NCBI RefSeq assembly: GCF_009914755.1
Contig: NC_060928.1
Strand: one strand, 5' to 3'
Source: the human T2T-CHM13v2.0 reference genome, Homo sapiens
DNA: 64,000 bases
Position 1 is the first letter of the stretch, and each line of letters opens with the position of its first letter. Below are positions 1 to 12,400 of this stretch, piece by piece. Under the pieces are notes generated by a model. It saw nothing but the letters and a program-made list of their open reading frames with translations. It had not been told where the DNA came from and ran no database searches. Both the position numbers and the translations under genes were made by a program.

Positions 1-3000
1 CAACTAACAGAGTTGAACATTTCTGTTACAGAGCAATTTTAAAACACTCTTTTTGTGGAATCTGAAAGTGGATAATTGGATAGCTTTGTGGATTTCGTTG
101 GAAACGGGATGACGTATAAAATCTAGAGAGAAGCATTCTCAGGAACTTCTTTGTGATGTTTGCATTCAAGTCACAGAATTGAACATTCCTTTTCATAGTG
201 CAGGTTTGAAACACTCTTTCTGTAGTATCTGGAAGTGGACATTTCAAGCGCTTTCAGGCCTACGGGGAGAAAGGAAATATCTTCAAATAAAAACTAGACA
301 GAAGGATTCTCAGAAACTTATTTGTGATGTGTGTCCTAAACGAACACAGTTGAACCTTTGTTTAGATACAGCATTTTGGAAACACTCCTTTTGTAGGATC
401 TGCAGGTGGATATTTGGATAGATTTTAAGATTTCGTTGGAAACGGGAGTTTCTTCATAGAAACTCAAGACAGATGCATTCTCAGAAACATCTCTGTGATG
501 TTTGCATTCCACTCATAGAGTTGAAAACTTCCTTTCATAGAGCAGGTTTGAAACACTCTTTTTGTAATATTTGGAAGTGGACATTTGCAGCGCTTTGAGG
601 CCTATGGTGAAAAAGGAAATATCTTTTCATAAAAACCAGAAACAAGCATTCTCAGAAACTTCTTTTTGATGTGTGTACTCAAGTAACAGAGTTGAACCTT
701 CCTTTTGACACAGCAGTTTTGAAACAATCTTTTTGTAGAATCTGCAAGTGGATATTTGGATAGCTTTGAGGATTTCGTTGGAAACGGGATATCTTCATAT
801 AAAATCTAGACAGAAGCATTCTCAGAAACTTCTTTGTGCTGTATGTCCTCAATTAACAGAGTTGAACCATTGCTTGGATACAGCATTTTGGAAACATTCC
901 TTGAGTAGAATCTGCAAGTTGATATTTAGATAGATTTGAAGATTTCGTTGGAAAAGGGAATATCTCCATATAAAATCTAGACGGAAGCATTCTCAGAAAC
1001 TGCTTTGTGATGTTTCCATTCAAGTCACAGAGTTGAATATTCCCTTTTATAGAGCACGTTTGAAACACTCTTTCTGCACTATCTGGAAGTGGACATTTCG
1101 AGCGCTTTGAGGCCTATGGTGAAAAAGGAAATATCTTCCCATAAAAATTAGACAGAAGCATTCTCAGAAACTTGTTTGTGATGTGTGTATTCAACTAACA
1201 GAGTTGAACTTTTGTTTTTACAGAGCCGTTTTAAAACACTCTTTTTGTGGAATCAGAAAGTGGATATTCGGATGGCTCTGAGGATTTCGTTGGAAGCGGG
1301 ATTACATATAAAATCTAGAGAGAAGCATTCTCAGGAACTTCTTTGTGATGTTTGCATTGAAGTCACAGAATTGAACATTCACTTTGATAGAGCAGGTTTG
1401 AAACACTCATTCTGTAGTATCTGGAAGTGGACATTTCAAGCGCTTTCAGGCCTATGGTGAAAAAGGAAATATCTTCGAATAAAAACTAGACAGAAGCATC
1501 CTCAGAAACTTATTTGTGATGTGTGTCCTCAACTAACAGAGTTGAAACTTTGTTTTGATACAGCATTTTGGAAACACTCCTTTTGTAGAATCTGCAGGTG
1601 GATATGTGGATAGCTCTGAAGATTTCGTTGGAAACGGGAATTTCTTCATATAAAATCAAACAGAAGCATTCTCAGAAACTTCTCAGTGATGTTTGCATTC
1701 AGCTCATGGAGTTGAACACTTCCTTTCATAGAGCCGGTTTGAAACACTCTTTCTGCACTACCTGGAAGAGGCCATTTCGAGCGCTTTGAGTCCTATGGTG
1801 AAAAAGGAAATATCTTCTCATAAAAACCAGAAAGAAGCATTCTCAGAAACTTCTTTGTGTTGTGTGTACTCATGTAACAGTGTTGAACCATCCTTTTGAC
1901 AGAGCAGTTTTGAAACACTCTTTTTGTAGAATCTGCAAGTGGATATTTGGATAGCTTTGAGGATTTCGTTGGAAACGGGATGACATATAATATCTAGAGA
2001 GAAGCATTCTCAGGAACTTCTTTGTGCTGTTTGCATTCAAGTCACAGAATTGAACATTCCCTTTCATAGAGCAGATTTGAAACACTCTTTCTCTAGTATC
2101 TGGAAGTGGGCATTTCAAGCGCTTTCAGGCCTATAGAGAGAAAGGAAATACCTTCAAATAAAAACTAGACAGAAGCATTCTCAGAAACTTATTTGTGATG
2201 TGTGTCCTCAACTAACAGAGTTGAACCTTTGTTTTGATACAGCATTTTGGAAACACTCCTTTTGTAGAATCTGCAGGTGGATATTTGGATAACTTTGAAG
2301 ATTTCGTTGGAAACCGGAATATCTTCATATAAAATCAAGACAGAAGCATTCTCGGAAACATCTCTGTGATGTTTGCATTCAACTCAGTAGAGTTGAACAC
2401 TTCCTTTCATAGAGCCGGTTTGAAACACTCTTTCTGCACTACCTGGAAGCGGACATTTCGAGCGCTTTGAGGCCTATGGTGAAAAAGGAAATATCTTCTC
2501 ATAAAAACCAGAAAGAAGCATTCTCAGAAACTTCTTTGTGTTGTGTGTACTCAAGTAACAGTGTTGAACCTTCCTTTTGACACAGCAGTTTTGAAACACT
2601 CTTTTGGTAGAATCTGCAAGTGGATATTTGGATAGCTTTGAGGATTTCGTTGGAAACGGGTTATCTTCATATAAAATCCAGACAGGAGCATTCTCAGAAA
2701 CTTCTTTGTGCTGCATGTCCTCAATTCACAGAGCTGAACCTTTGTTTGGATACAGCATTTTGGAAACATTCCTTTAGTAGAATCTGCAAGTTGATATTTA
2801 GATAGCTTTGAAGATTTCGTTGGAAACGGGAATATCTTCATAGAAAATCTAGACGGAAGCATTCTCAGAAACTGCTTTGTGATGTTTGCATTCAAGTCAC
2901 AGAGTTGAATATTCCCTTTTATAGAGTAGGTTTGAAACACTCTTTCGGCACTACCTGGAAGTGGATATTTCGAGCTCTTTGAGGCCTATGGTTAAAAGGA

Positions 3001-3029
3001 AATATCTTCCCATAAAAACTAGACAGAAG
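1..3029 (+). repeat. HOR unit 1 (first 33 bp outside window): 18-mer variant, 3062 bp, with M10/M11 fusion monomer at 1497-1666
   Basis: Marker spacing 26->3088 = 3062 bp. The monomer at 1497 starts as M10 (catcctcag...gaaactttg) and ends as M11 (atatgtggatagctctg...cgggaattt). Confidence 0.93.
93..109 (+). promoter_or_regulatory. CENP-B box (first in window, M1)
   Basis: TTTCGTTGGAAACGGGA matches the 17-bp consensus YTTCGTTGGAARCGGGA. Confidence 0.95.
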
Positions 3030-6000
3030 CCGTCTCAGAAACTTGTTTGTGATGTGTGTATTCAACTAACAGAGTTGAACATTTCTGTTACAGAGCAATT
3101 TTAAAACACTCTTTTTGTGGAATCTGAAAGTGGATAATTGGATAGCTTTGTGGATTTCGTTGGAAACGGGATGACGTATAAAATCTAGAGAGAAGCATTC
3201 TCAGGAACTTCTTTGTGATGTTTGCATTCAAGTCACAGAATTGAACATTCCTTTTCATAGTGCAGGTTTGAAACACTCTTTCTGTAGTATCTGGAAGTGG
3301 ACATTTCAAGCGCTTTCAGGCCTACGGGGAGAAAGGAAATATCTTCAAATAAAAACTAGACAGAAGGATTCTCAGAAACTTATTTGTGATGTGTGTCCTA
3401 AACGAACACAGTTGAACCTTTGTTTAGATACAGCATTTTGGAAACACTCCTTTTGTAGGATCTGCAGGTGGATATTTGGATAGATTTTAAGATTTCGTTG
3501 GAAACGGGAGTTTCTTCATAGAAACTCAAGACAGATGCATTCTCAGAAACATCTCTGTGATGTTTGCATTCCACTCATAGAGTTGAAAACTTCCTTTCAT
3601 AGAGCAGGTTTGAAACACTATTTTTGTAATATTTGGAAGTGGACATTTGCAGCGCTTTGAGGCCTATGGTGAAAAAGGAAATATCTTTTCATAAAAACCA
3701 GAAACAAGCATTCTCAGAAACTTCTTTTTGATGTGTGTACTCAAGTAACAGAGTTGAACCTTCCTTTTGACACAGCAGTTTTGAAACAATCTTTTTGTAG
3801 AATCTGCAAGTGGATATTTGGATAGCTTTGAGGATTTCGTTGGAAACGGGATATCTTCATATAAAATCTAGACAGAAGCATTCTCAGAAAATTCTTTGTG
3901 CTGTATGTCCTCAATTAACAGAGTTGAACCATTGCTTGGATACAGCATTTTGGAAACATTCCTTTAGTAGAATCTGCAAGTTGATATTTAGATAGATTTG
4001 AAGATTTCGTTGGAAAAGGGAATATCTCCATATAAAATCTAGACGGAAGCATTCTCAGAAACTGCTTTGTGATGTTTCCATTCAAGTCACAGAGTTGAAT
4101 ATTCCCTTTTATAGAGAACGTTTGAAACACTCTTTCTGCACTATCTGGAAGTGGACATTTCGAGCGCTTTGAGGCCTATGGTGAAAAAGGAAATATCTTC
4201 CCATAAAAATTAGACAGAAGCATTCTCAGAAACTTGTTTGTGATGTGTGTATTCAACTAACAGAGTTGAACTTTTGTTTTTACAGAGCCGTTTTAAAACA
4301 CTCTTTTTGTGGAATCAGAAAGTGGATATTCGGATGGCTCTGAGGATTTCGTTGGAAGCGGGATTACATATAAAATCTAGAGAGAAGCATTCTCAGGAAC
4401 TTCTTTGTGATGTTTGCATTGAAGTCACAGAATTGAACATTCACTTTGATAGAGCAGGTTTGAAACACTCATTCTGTAGTATCTGGAAGTGGACATTTCA
4501 AGCGCTTTCAGGCCTATGGTGAAAAAGGAAATATCTTCGAATAAAAACTAGACAGAAGCATCCTCAGAAACTTATTTGTGATGTGTGTCCTCAACTAACA
4601 GAGTTGAAACTTTGTTTTGATACAGCATTTTGGAAACACTCTTTTTGTAGAATCTGCAGGTGGATATTTGGATAGCTTAGAGGGATTCGTTGGAAAGGGG
4701 ATATCTTCATATAAAATCTAGACAGAAGCATTCTCAGAAACTTATTTGTGATGTGTGTCCTCAACTAACAGAGTTGAACCTTGGTTTTGATACAGCATTT
4801 TGGAAACGCTCCTTTTGTAGAATCTGCAGGTGGATATGTGGATAGCTCTGAAGATTTCGTTGGAAACGGGAATTTCTTCATATAAAATCAAACAGAAGCA
4901 TTCTCAGAAACTTCTCAGTGATGTTTGCATTCAGCTCATGGAGTTGAACACTTCCTTTCATAGAGCCGGTTTGAAACACTCTTTCTGCACTACCTGGAAG
5001 AGGCCATTTCGAGCGCTTTGAGTCCTATGGTGAAAAAGGAAATATCTTCTCATAAAAACCAGAAAGAAGCATTCTCAGAAACTTCTTTGTGTTGTGTGTA
5101 CTCATGTAACAGTGTTGAACCATCCTTTTGACAGAGCAGTTTTGAAACACTCTTTTTGTAGAATCTGCAAGTGGATATTTGGATAGCTTTGAGGATTTCG
5201 TTGGAAACGGGATGACATATAATATCTAGAGAGAAGCATTCTCAGGAACTTCTTTGTGCTGTTTGCATTCAAGTCACAGAATTGAACATTCCCTTTCATA
5301 GAGCAGATTTGAAACACTCTTTCTCTAGTATCTGGAAGTGGGCATTTCAAGCGCTTTCAGGCCTATTGAGAGAAAGGAAATACCTTCAAATAAAAACTAG
5401 ACAGAAGCATTCTCAGAAACTTATTTGTGATGTGTGTCCTCAACTAACAGAGTTGAACCTTTGTTTTGATACAGCATTTTGGAAACACTCCTTTTGTAGA
5501 ATCTGCAGGTGGATATTTGGATAGCTTTGAAGATTTCGTTGGAAACCGGAATATCTTCATATAAAATCAAGACAGAAGCATTCTCGGAAACATCTCTGTG
5601 ATGTTTGCATTCAACTCAGTAGAGTTGAACACTTCCTTTCATGGAGCCGGTTTGAAACACTCTTTCTGCACTACCTGGAAGCGGACATTTCGAGCGCTTT
5701 GAGGCCTATGGTGAAAAAGGAAATATCTTCTCATAAAAACCAGAAAGAAGCATTCTCAGAAACTTCTTTGTGTTGTGTGTACTCAAGTAACAGTGTTGAA
5801 CCTTCCTTTTGACACAGCAGTTTTGAAACACTCTTTTGGTAGAATCTGCAAGTGGATATTTGGATAGCTTTGAGGATTTCGTTGGAAACGGGTTATCTTC
5901 ATATTAAATCCAGACAGGAGCATTCTCAGAAACTTCTTTGTGCTGCATGTCCTCAATTCACAGAGCTGAACCTTTGTTTGGATACAGCATTTTGGAAACA

Positions 6001-6261
6001 TTCCTTTAGTAGAATCTGCAAGTTGATATTTAGATAGCTTTGAAGATTTCGTTGGAAACGGGAATATCTTCATAGAAAATCTAGACGGAAGCATTCTCAG
6101 AAACTGCTTTGTGATGTTTGCATTCAAGTCACAGAGTTGAATATTCCCTTTTATAGAGTAGGTTTGAAACACTCTTTCGGCACTACCTGGAAGTGGATAT
6201 TTCGAGCTCTTTGAGGCCTATGGTTAAAAGGAAATATCTTCCCATAAAAACTAGACAGAAG
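3030..6261 (+). repeat. HOR unit 2, canonical 19-mer
   Basis: 3232-bp spacing; all 19 monomers in order. Confidence 0.95.
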
Positions 6262-9200
6262 CCGTCTCAGAAACTTGTTTGTGATGTGTGTATTCAACTA
6301 ACAGAGTTGAACATTTCTGTTACAGAGCAATTTTAAAACACTCTTTTTGTGGAATCTGAAAGTGGATAATTGGATAGCTTTGTGGATTTCGTTGGAAACG
6401 GGATGACGTATAAAATCTAGAGAGAAGCATTCTCAGGAACTTCTTTCTGATGTTTGCATTCAAGTCACAGAATTGAACATTCCTTTTCATAGTGCAGGTT
6501 TGAAACACTCTTTCTGTAGTATCTGGAAGTGGACATTTCAAGCGCTTTCAGGCCTACGGGGAGAAAGGAAATATCTTCAAATAAAAACTAGACAGAAGGA
6601 TTCTCAGAAACTTATTTGTGATGTGTGTCCTAAACGAACACAGTTGAACCTTTGTTTTGATACAGCATTTTGGAAACACTCCTTTTGTAGGATCTGCAGG
6701 TGGATATTTGGATAGATTTTAAGATTTCGTTGGAAACGGGAGTTTCTTCATAGAAACTCAAGACAGATGCATTCTCAGAAACATCTCTGTGATGTTTGCA
6801 TTCCACTCATAGATTTGAAAACTTCCTTTCATAGAGCAGGTTTGAAACACTCTTTTTGTAATATTTGGAAGTGGACATTTGCAGCGCTTTGAGGCCTATG
6901 GTGAAAAAGGAAATATCTTCTCATAAAAACCAGAAAGAAGCATTCTCAGAAACTTCTTTTTGATGTGTGTACTCAAGTAACAGAGTTGAACCTTCCTTTT
7001 GACACAGCAGTTTTGAAACAATCTTTTTGTAGAATCTGCAAGTGGATATTTGGATAGCTTTGAGGATTTCGTTGGAAACGGGATATCTTCATATAAAATC
7101 TAGACAGAAGCATTCTCAGAAACTTCTTTGTGCTGTATGTCCTCAATTAACAGAGTTGAACCATTGCTTGGATACAGCATTTTGGAAACATTCCTTGAGT
7201 AGAATCTGCAAGTTGATATTTAGATAGATTTGAAGATTTCGTTGGAAAAGGGAATATCTCCATATAAAATCTAGAGGGAAGCATTCTCAGAAACTGCTTT
7301 GTGATGTTTCCATTCAAGTCACAGAGTTGAATATTCCCTTTTATAGAGCACGTTTGAAACACTCTTTCTGCACTATCTGGAAGTGGACATTTCGAGCGCT
7401 TTGAGGCCTATGGTGAAAAAGGAAATATCTTCCCATAAAAACTAGACAGAAGCATTCTCAGAAACTTGTTTGTGATGTGTGTATTCAACTAACAGAGTTG
7501 AACTTTTGTTTTTACAGAGCCGTTTTAAAACACTCTTTTTGTGGAATCAGAAAGTGGATATTCGGATGGCTCTGAGGATTTCGTTGGAAGCGGGATTACA
7601 TATAAAATCTAGAGAGAAGCATTCTCAGGAACTTCTTTGTGATGTTTGCATTGAAGTCACAGAATTGAACATTCACTTTGATAGAGCAGGTTTGAAACAC
7701 TCATTCTGTAGTATCTGGAAGTGGACATTTCAAGCGCTTTCAGGCCTATGGTGAGAAAGGAAATATCTTCGAATAAAAACTAGACAGAAGCATCCTCAGA
7801 AACTTATTTGTGATGTGTGTCCTCAACTAACAGAGTTGAAACTTTGTTTTGATACAGCATTTTGGAAACACTCTTTTTGTAGAATCTGCAGGTGGATATT
7901 TGGATAGCTTAGAGGGATTCGTTGGAAAGGGGATATCTTCATATAAAATCTAGACAGAAGCATTCTCAGAAACTTATTTGTGATGTGTGTCCTCAACTAA
8001 CAGAGTTGAACCTTGGTTTTGATACAGCATTTTGGAAACACTCCTTTTGTAGAATCTGCAGGTGGATATGTGGATAGCTCTGAAGATTTCGTTGGAAACG
8101 GGAATTTCTTCATATAAAATCAAACAGAAGCATTCTCAGAAACTTCTCAGTGATGTTTGCATTCAGCTCATGGAGTTGAACACTTCCTTTCATAGAGCCG
8201 GTTTGAAACACTCTTTCTGCACTACCTGGAAGAGGACATTTCGAGCGCTTTGAGTCCTATGGTGAAAAAGGAAATATCTTCTCATAAAAACCAGAAAGAA
8301 GCATTCTCAGAAACTTCTTTGTGTTGTGTGTACTCATGTAACAGTGTTGAACCATCCTTTTGACAGAGCAGTTTTGAAACACTCTTTTTGTAGAATCTGC
8401 AAGTGGATATTTGGATAGCTTTGAGGATTTCGTTGGAAACGGGATGACATATAATATCTAGAGAGAAGCATACTCAGGAACTTCTTTGTGATGTTTGCAT
8501 TCAAGTCACAGAATTGAACATTCCCTTTCATAGAGCAGGTTTGAAACACTCTTTCTCTAGTATCTGGAAGTGGGCATTTCAAGCGCTTTCAGGCCTATGG
8601 AGAGAAAGGAAATACCTTCAAATAAAAACTAGACAGAAGCATTCTCAGAAACTTATTTGTGATGTGTGTCCTCAACTAACAGAGTTGAACCTTTGTTTTG
8701 ATACAGCATTTTGGAAACACTCCTTTTGTAGAATCTGCAGGTGGATATTTGGATAACTTTGAAGATTTCGTTGGAAACCGGAATATCTTCATATAAAATC
8801 AAGACAGAAGCATTCTCGGAAACATCTCTGTGATGTTTGCATTCAACTCAGTAGAGTTGAACACTTCCTTTCATAGAGCAGGTTTGAAACACTCTTTCTG
8901 CACTACCTGGAAGCGGACATTTCGAGCGCTTTGAGGCCTATGGTGAAAAAGGAAATATCTTCTCATAAAAACCAGAAAGAAGCATTCTCAGAAACTTCTT
9001 TGTGTTGTGTGTACTCAAGTAACAGTGTTGAACCTTCCTTTTGACACAGCAGTTTTGAAACACTCTTTTGGTAGAATCTGCAAGTGGATATTTGGATAGC
9101 TTTGAGGATTTCGTTGGAAACGGGTTATCTTCATATAAAATCCAGACAGGAGCATTCTCAGAAACTTCTTTGTGCTGCATGTCCTCAATTCACAGAGCTG

Positions 9201-9493
9201 AACCTTTGTTTGGATACAGCATTTTGGAAACATTCCTTTAGTAGAATCTGCAAGTTGATATTTAGATAGCTTTGAAGATTTCGTTGGAAACGGGAATATC
9301 TTCATAGAAAATCTAGACGGAAGCATTCTCAGAAACTGCTTTGTGATGTTTGCATTCAAGTCACAGAGTTGAATATTCCCTTTTATAGAGTAGGTTTGAA
9401 ACACTATTTCGGCACTACCTGGAAGTGGATATTTCGAGCTCTTTGAGGCCTATGGTTAAAAGGAAATATCTTCCCATAAAAACTAGACAGAAG
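6262..9493 (+). repeat. HOR unit 3, canonical 19-mer (reference for monomer numbering)
   Basis: Monomer starts read from the sequence: 6262, 6428, 6599, 6770, 6941, 7111, 7282, 7453, 7620, 7791, 7961, 8131, 8302, 8469, 8640, 8811, 8983, 9153, 9324; total 3232 bp. Confidence 0.95.
6387..9295 (+). promoter_or_regulatory. CENP-B box set of one canonical HOR: 8 with intact core (6387, 6725, 7067, 7579, 8087, 8428, 9109, 9279) and 3 degenerate (7237, 7917, 8766)
   Basis: The core TTCGnnnnAnnCGGG is intact in M1, 3, 5, 8, 11, 13, 17 and 18. It is broken in M6 (aaaAggg), M10 (aaaGggg) and M15 (aaacCgg). The pattern repeats in each unit. Confidence 0.9.
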
Positions 9494-12400
9494 CCGTCTC
9501 AGAAACTTGTTTGTGATGTGTGTATTCAACTACCAGAGTTGAACATTTCTGTTACAGAGCAATTTTAAAACACTCTTTTTGTGGAATCTGAAAGTGGATA
9601 ATTGGATAGCTTTGTGGATTTCGTTGGAAACGGGATGACGTATAAAATCTAGAGAGAAGCATTCTCAGGAACTTCTTTCTGATGTTTGCATTCAAGTCAC
9701 AGAATTGAACATTCCTTTTCATAGTGCAGGTTTGAAACACTCTTTCTGTAGTATCTGGAAGTGGACATTTCAAGCGCTTTCAGGCCTACGGGGAGAAAGG
9801 AAATATCTTCAAATAAAAACTAGACAGAAGGATTCTCAGAAACTTATTTGTGATGTGTGTCCTAAACGAACACAGTTGAACCTTTGTTTAGATACAGCAT
9901 TTTGGAAACACTCCTTTTGTAGGATCTGCAGGTGGATATTTGGATAGATTTTAAGATTTCGTTGGAAACGGGAGTTTCTTCATAGAAACTCAAGACAGAT
10001 GCATTCTCAGAAACATCTCTGTGATGTTTGCATTCCACTCATAGATTTGAAAACTTCCTTTCATAGAGCAGGTTTGAAACACTCTTTTTGTAATATTTGG
10101 AAGTGGACATTTGCAGCGCTTTGAGGCCTATGGTGAAAAAGGAAATATCTTCTGATAAAAACCAGAAACAAGCATTCTCAGAAACTTCTTTTTGATGTGT
10201 GTACTCAAGTAACAGAGTTGAACCTTCCTTTTGACACAGCAGTTTTGAAACAATCTTTTTGTAGAATCTGCAAGTGGATATTTGGATAGCTTTGAGGATT
10301 TCGTTGGAAACGGGATATCTTCATATAAAATCTAGAGAGAAGCTTTCTCAGAAACTTCATTGTGCTGTATGTCCTCAATTAACAGAGTTGAACCATTGCT
10401 TGGATACAGCATTTTGGAAACATTCCTTGAGTAGAATCTGCAAGTTGATATTTAGATAGATTTGAAGATTTCGTTGGAAAAGGGAATATCTCCATAGAAA
10501 ATCTAGAGGGAAGCATTCTCAGAAACTGCTTTGTGATGTTTCCATTCAAGTCACAGAGTTGAATATTCCCTTTTATAGAGCACGTTTGAAACACTCTTTC
10601 TGCACTATCTGGAAGTGGACATTTCGAGCGCTTTGAGGCCTATGGTGAAAAAGGAAATATCTTCCCATAAAAACTAGACAGAAGCATTCTCAGAAACTTG
10701 TTTGTGATGTGTGTATTCAACTAACAGAGTTGAACTTTTGTTTTTACAGAGCCGTTTTAAAACACTCTTTTTGTGGAATCAGAAAGTGGATATTCGGATG
10801 GCTCTGAGGATTTCGTTGGAAGCGGGATTACATATAAAATCTAGAGAGAAGCATTCTCAGGAACTTCTTTGTGATGTTTGCATTGAAGTCACAGAATTGA
10901 ACATTCACTTTGATAGAGCAGGTTTGAAACACTCATTCTGTAGTATCTGGAAGTGGACATTTCAAGCGCTTTCAGGCCTATGGTGAGAAAGGAAATATCT
11001 TCGAATAAAAACTAGACAGAAGCATCCTCAGAAACTTATTTGTGATGTGTGTCCTCAACTAACAGAGTTGAAACTTTGTTTTGATACAGCATTTTGGAAA
11101 CACTCCTTTTGTAGAATCTGCAGGTGGATATGTGGATAGCTCTGAAGATTTCGTTGGAAACGGGAATTTCTTCATATAAAATCAAACAGAAGCATTCTCA
11201 GAAACTTCTCAGTGATGTTTGCATTCAGCTCATGGAGTTGAACACTTCCTTTCATAGAGCCGGTTTGAAACACTCTTTCTGCACTACCTGGAAGAGGCCA
11301 TTTCGAGCGCTTTGAGTCCTATGGTGAAAAAGGAAATATCTTCTCATAAAAACCAGAAAGAAGCATTCTCAGAAACTTCTTTGTGTTGTGTGTACTCATG
11401 TAACAGTGTTGAACCATCCTTTTGACAGAGCAGTTTTGAAACACTCTTTTTGTAGAATCTGCAAGTGGATATTTGGATAGCTTTGAGGATTTCGTTGGAA
11501 ACGGGATGACATATAATATCTAGAGAGAAGCATTCTCAGGAACTTCTTTGTGCTGTTTGCATTCAAGTCACAGAATTGAACATTCCCTTTCATAGAGCAG
11601 ATTTGAAACACTCTTTCTCTAGTATCTGGAAGTGGGCATTTCAAGCGCTTTCAGGCCTATTGAGAGAAAGGAAATACCTTCAAATAAAAACTAGACAGAA
11701 GCATTCTCAGAAACTTGTTTGTGATGTGTGTATTCAACTAACAGAGTTGAACTTTTGTTTTTACAGAGCCGTTTTAAAACACTCTTTTTGTGGAATCAGA
11801 AAGTGGATATTCGGATGGCTCTGAGGATTTCGTTGGAAGCGGGATTACATATAAAATCTAGAGAGAAGCATTCTCAGGAACTTCTTTGTGATGTTTGCAT
11901 TGAAGTCACAGAATTGAACATTCACTTTGATAGAGCAGGTTTGAAACACTCATTCTGTAGTATCTGGAAGTGGACATTTCAAGCGCTTTCAGGCCTATGG
12001 TGAGAAAGGAAATATCTTCGAATAAAAACTAGACAGAAGCATCCTCAGAAACTTATTTGTGATGTGTGTCCTCAACTAACAGAGTTGAAACTTTGTTTTG
12101 ATACAGCATTTTGGAAACACTCTTTTTGTAGAATCTGCAGGTGGATATTTGGATAGCTTAGAGGGATTCGTTGGAAAGGGGATATCTTCATATAAAATCT
12201 AGACAGAAGCATTCTCAGAAACTTATTTGTGATGTGTGTCCTCAACTAACAGAGTTGAACCTTGGTTTTGATACAGCATTTTGGAAACACTCCTTTTGTA
12301 GAATCTGCAGGTGGATATGTGGATAGCTCTGAAGATTTCTTTGGAAACGGGAATTTCTTCATATAAAATCAAACAGAAGCATTCTCAGAAACTTCTCAGT

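Noticed and set aside
240-262. Short palindromes (agcgct, aggcct, tctaga) as possible hairpin or terminator elements
   Set aside because: These 6-bp dyads are constitutive parts of the alpha-satellite monomer; no extended inverted repeat specific to this window was seen.
1-3029. Assignment to chr6 D6Z1 (recalled 18-mer, ~3.06 kb) because the first unit is 3062 bp
   Set aside because: The dominant unit is a 3232-bp 19-mer, and the two 3062-bp units are different single-monomer deletion derivatives of it.
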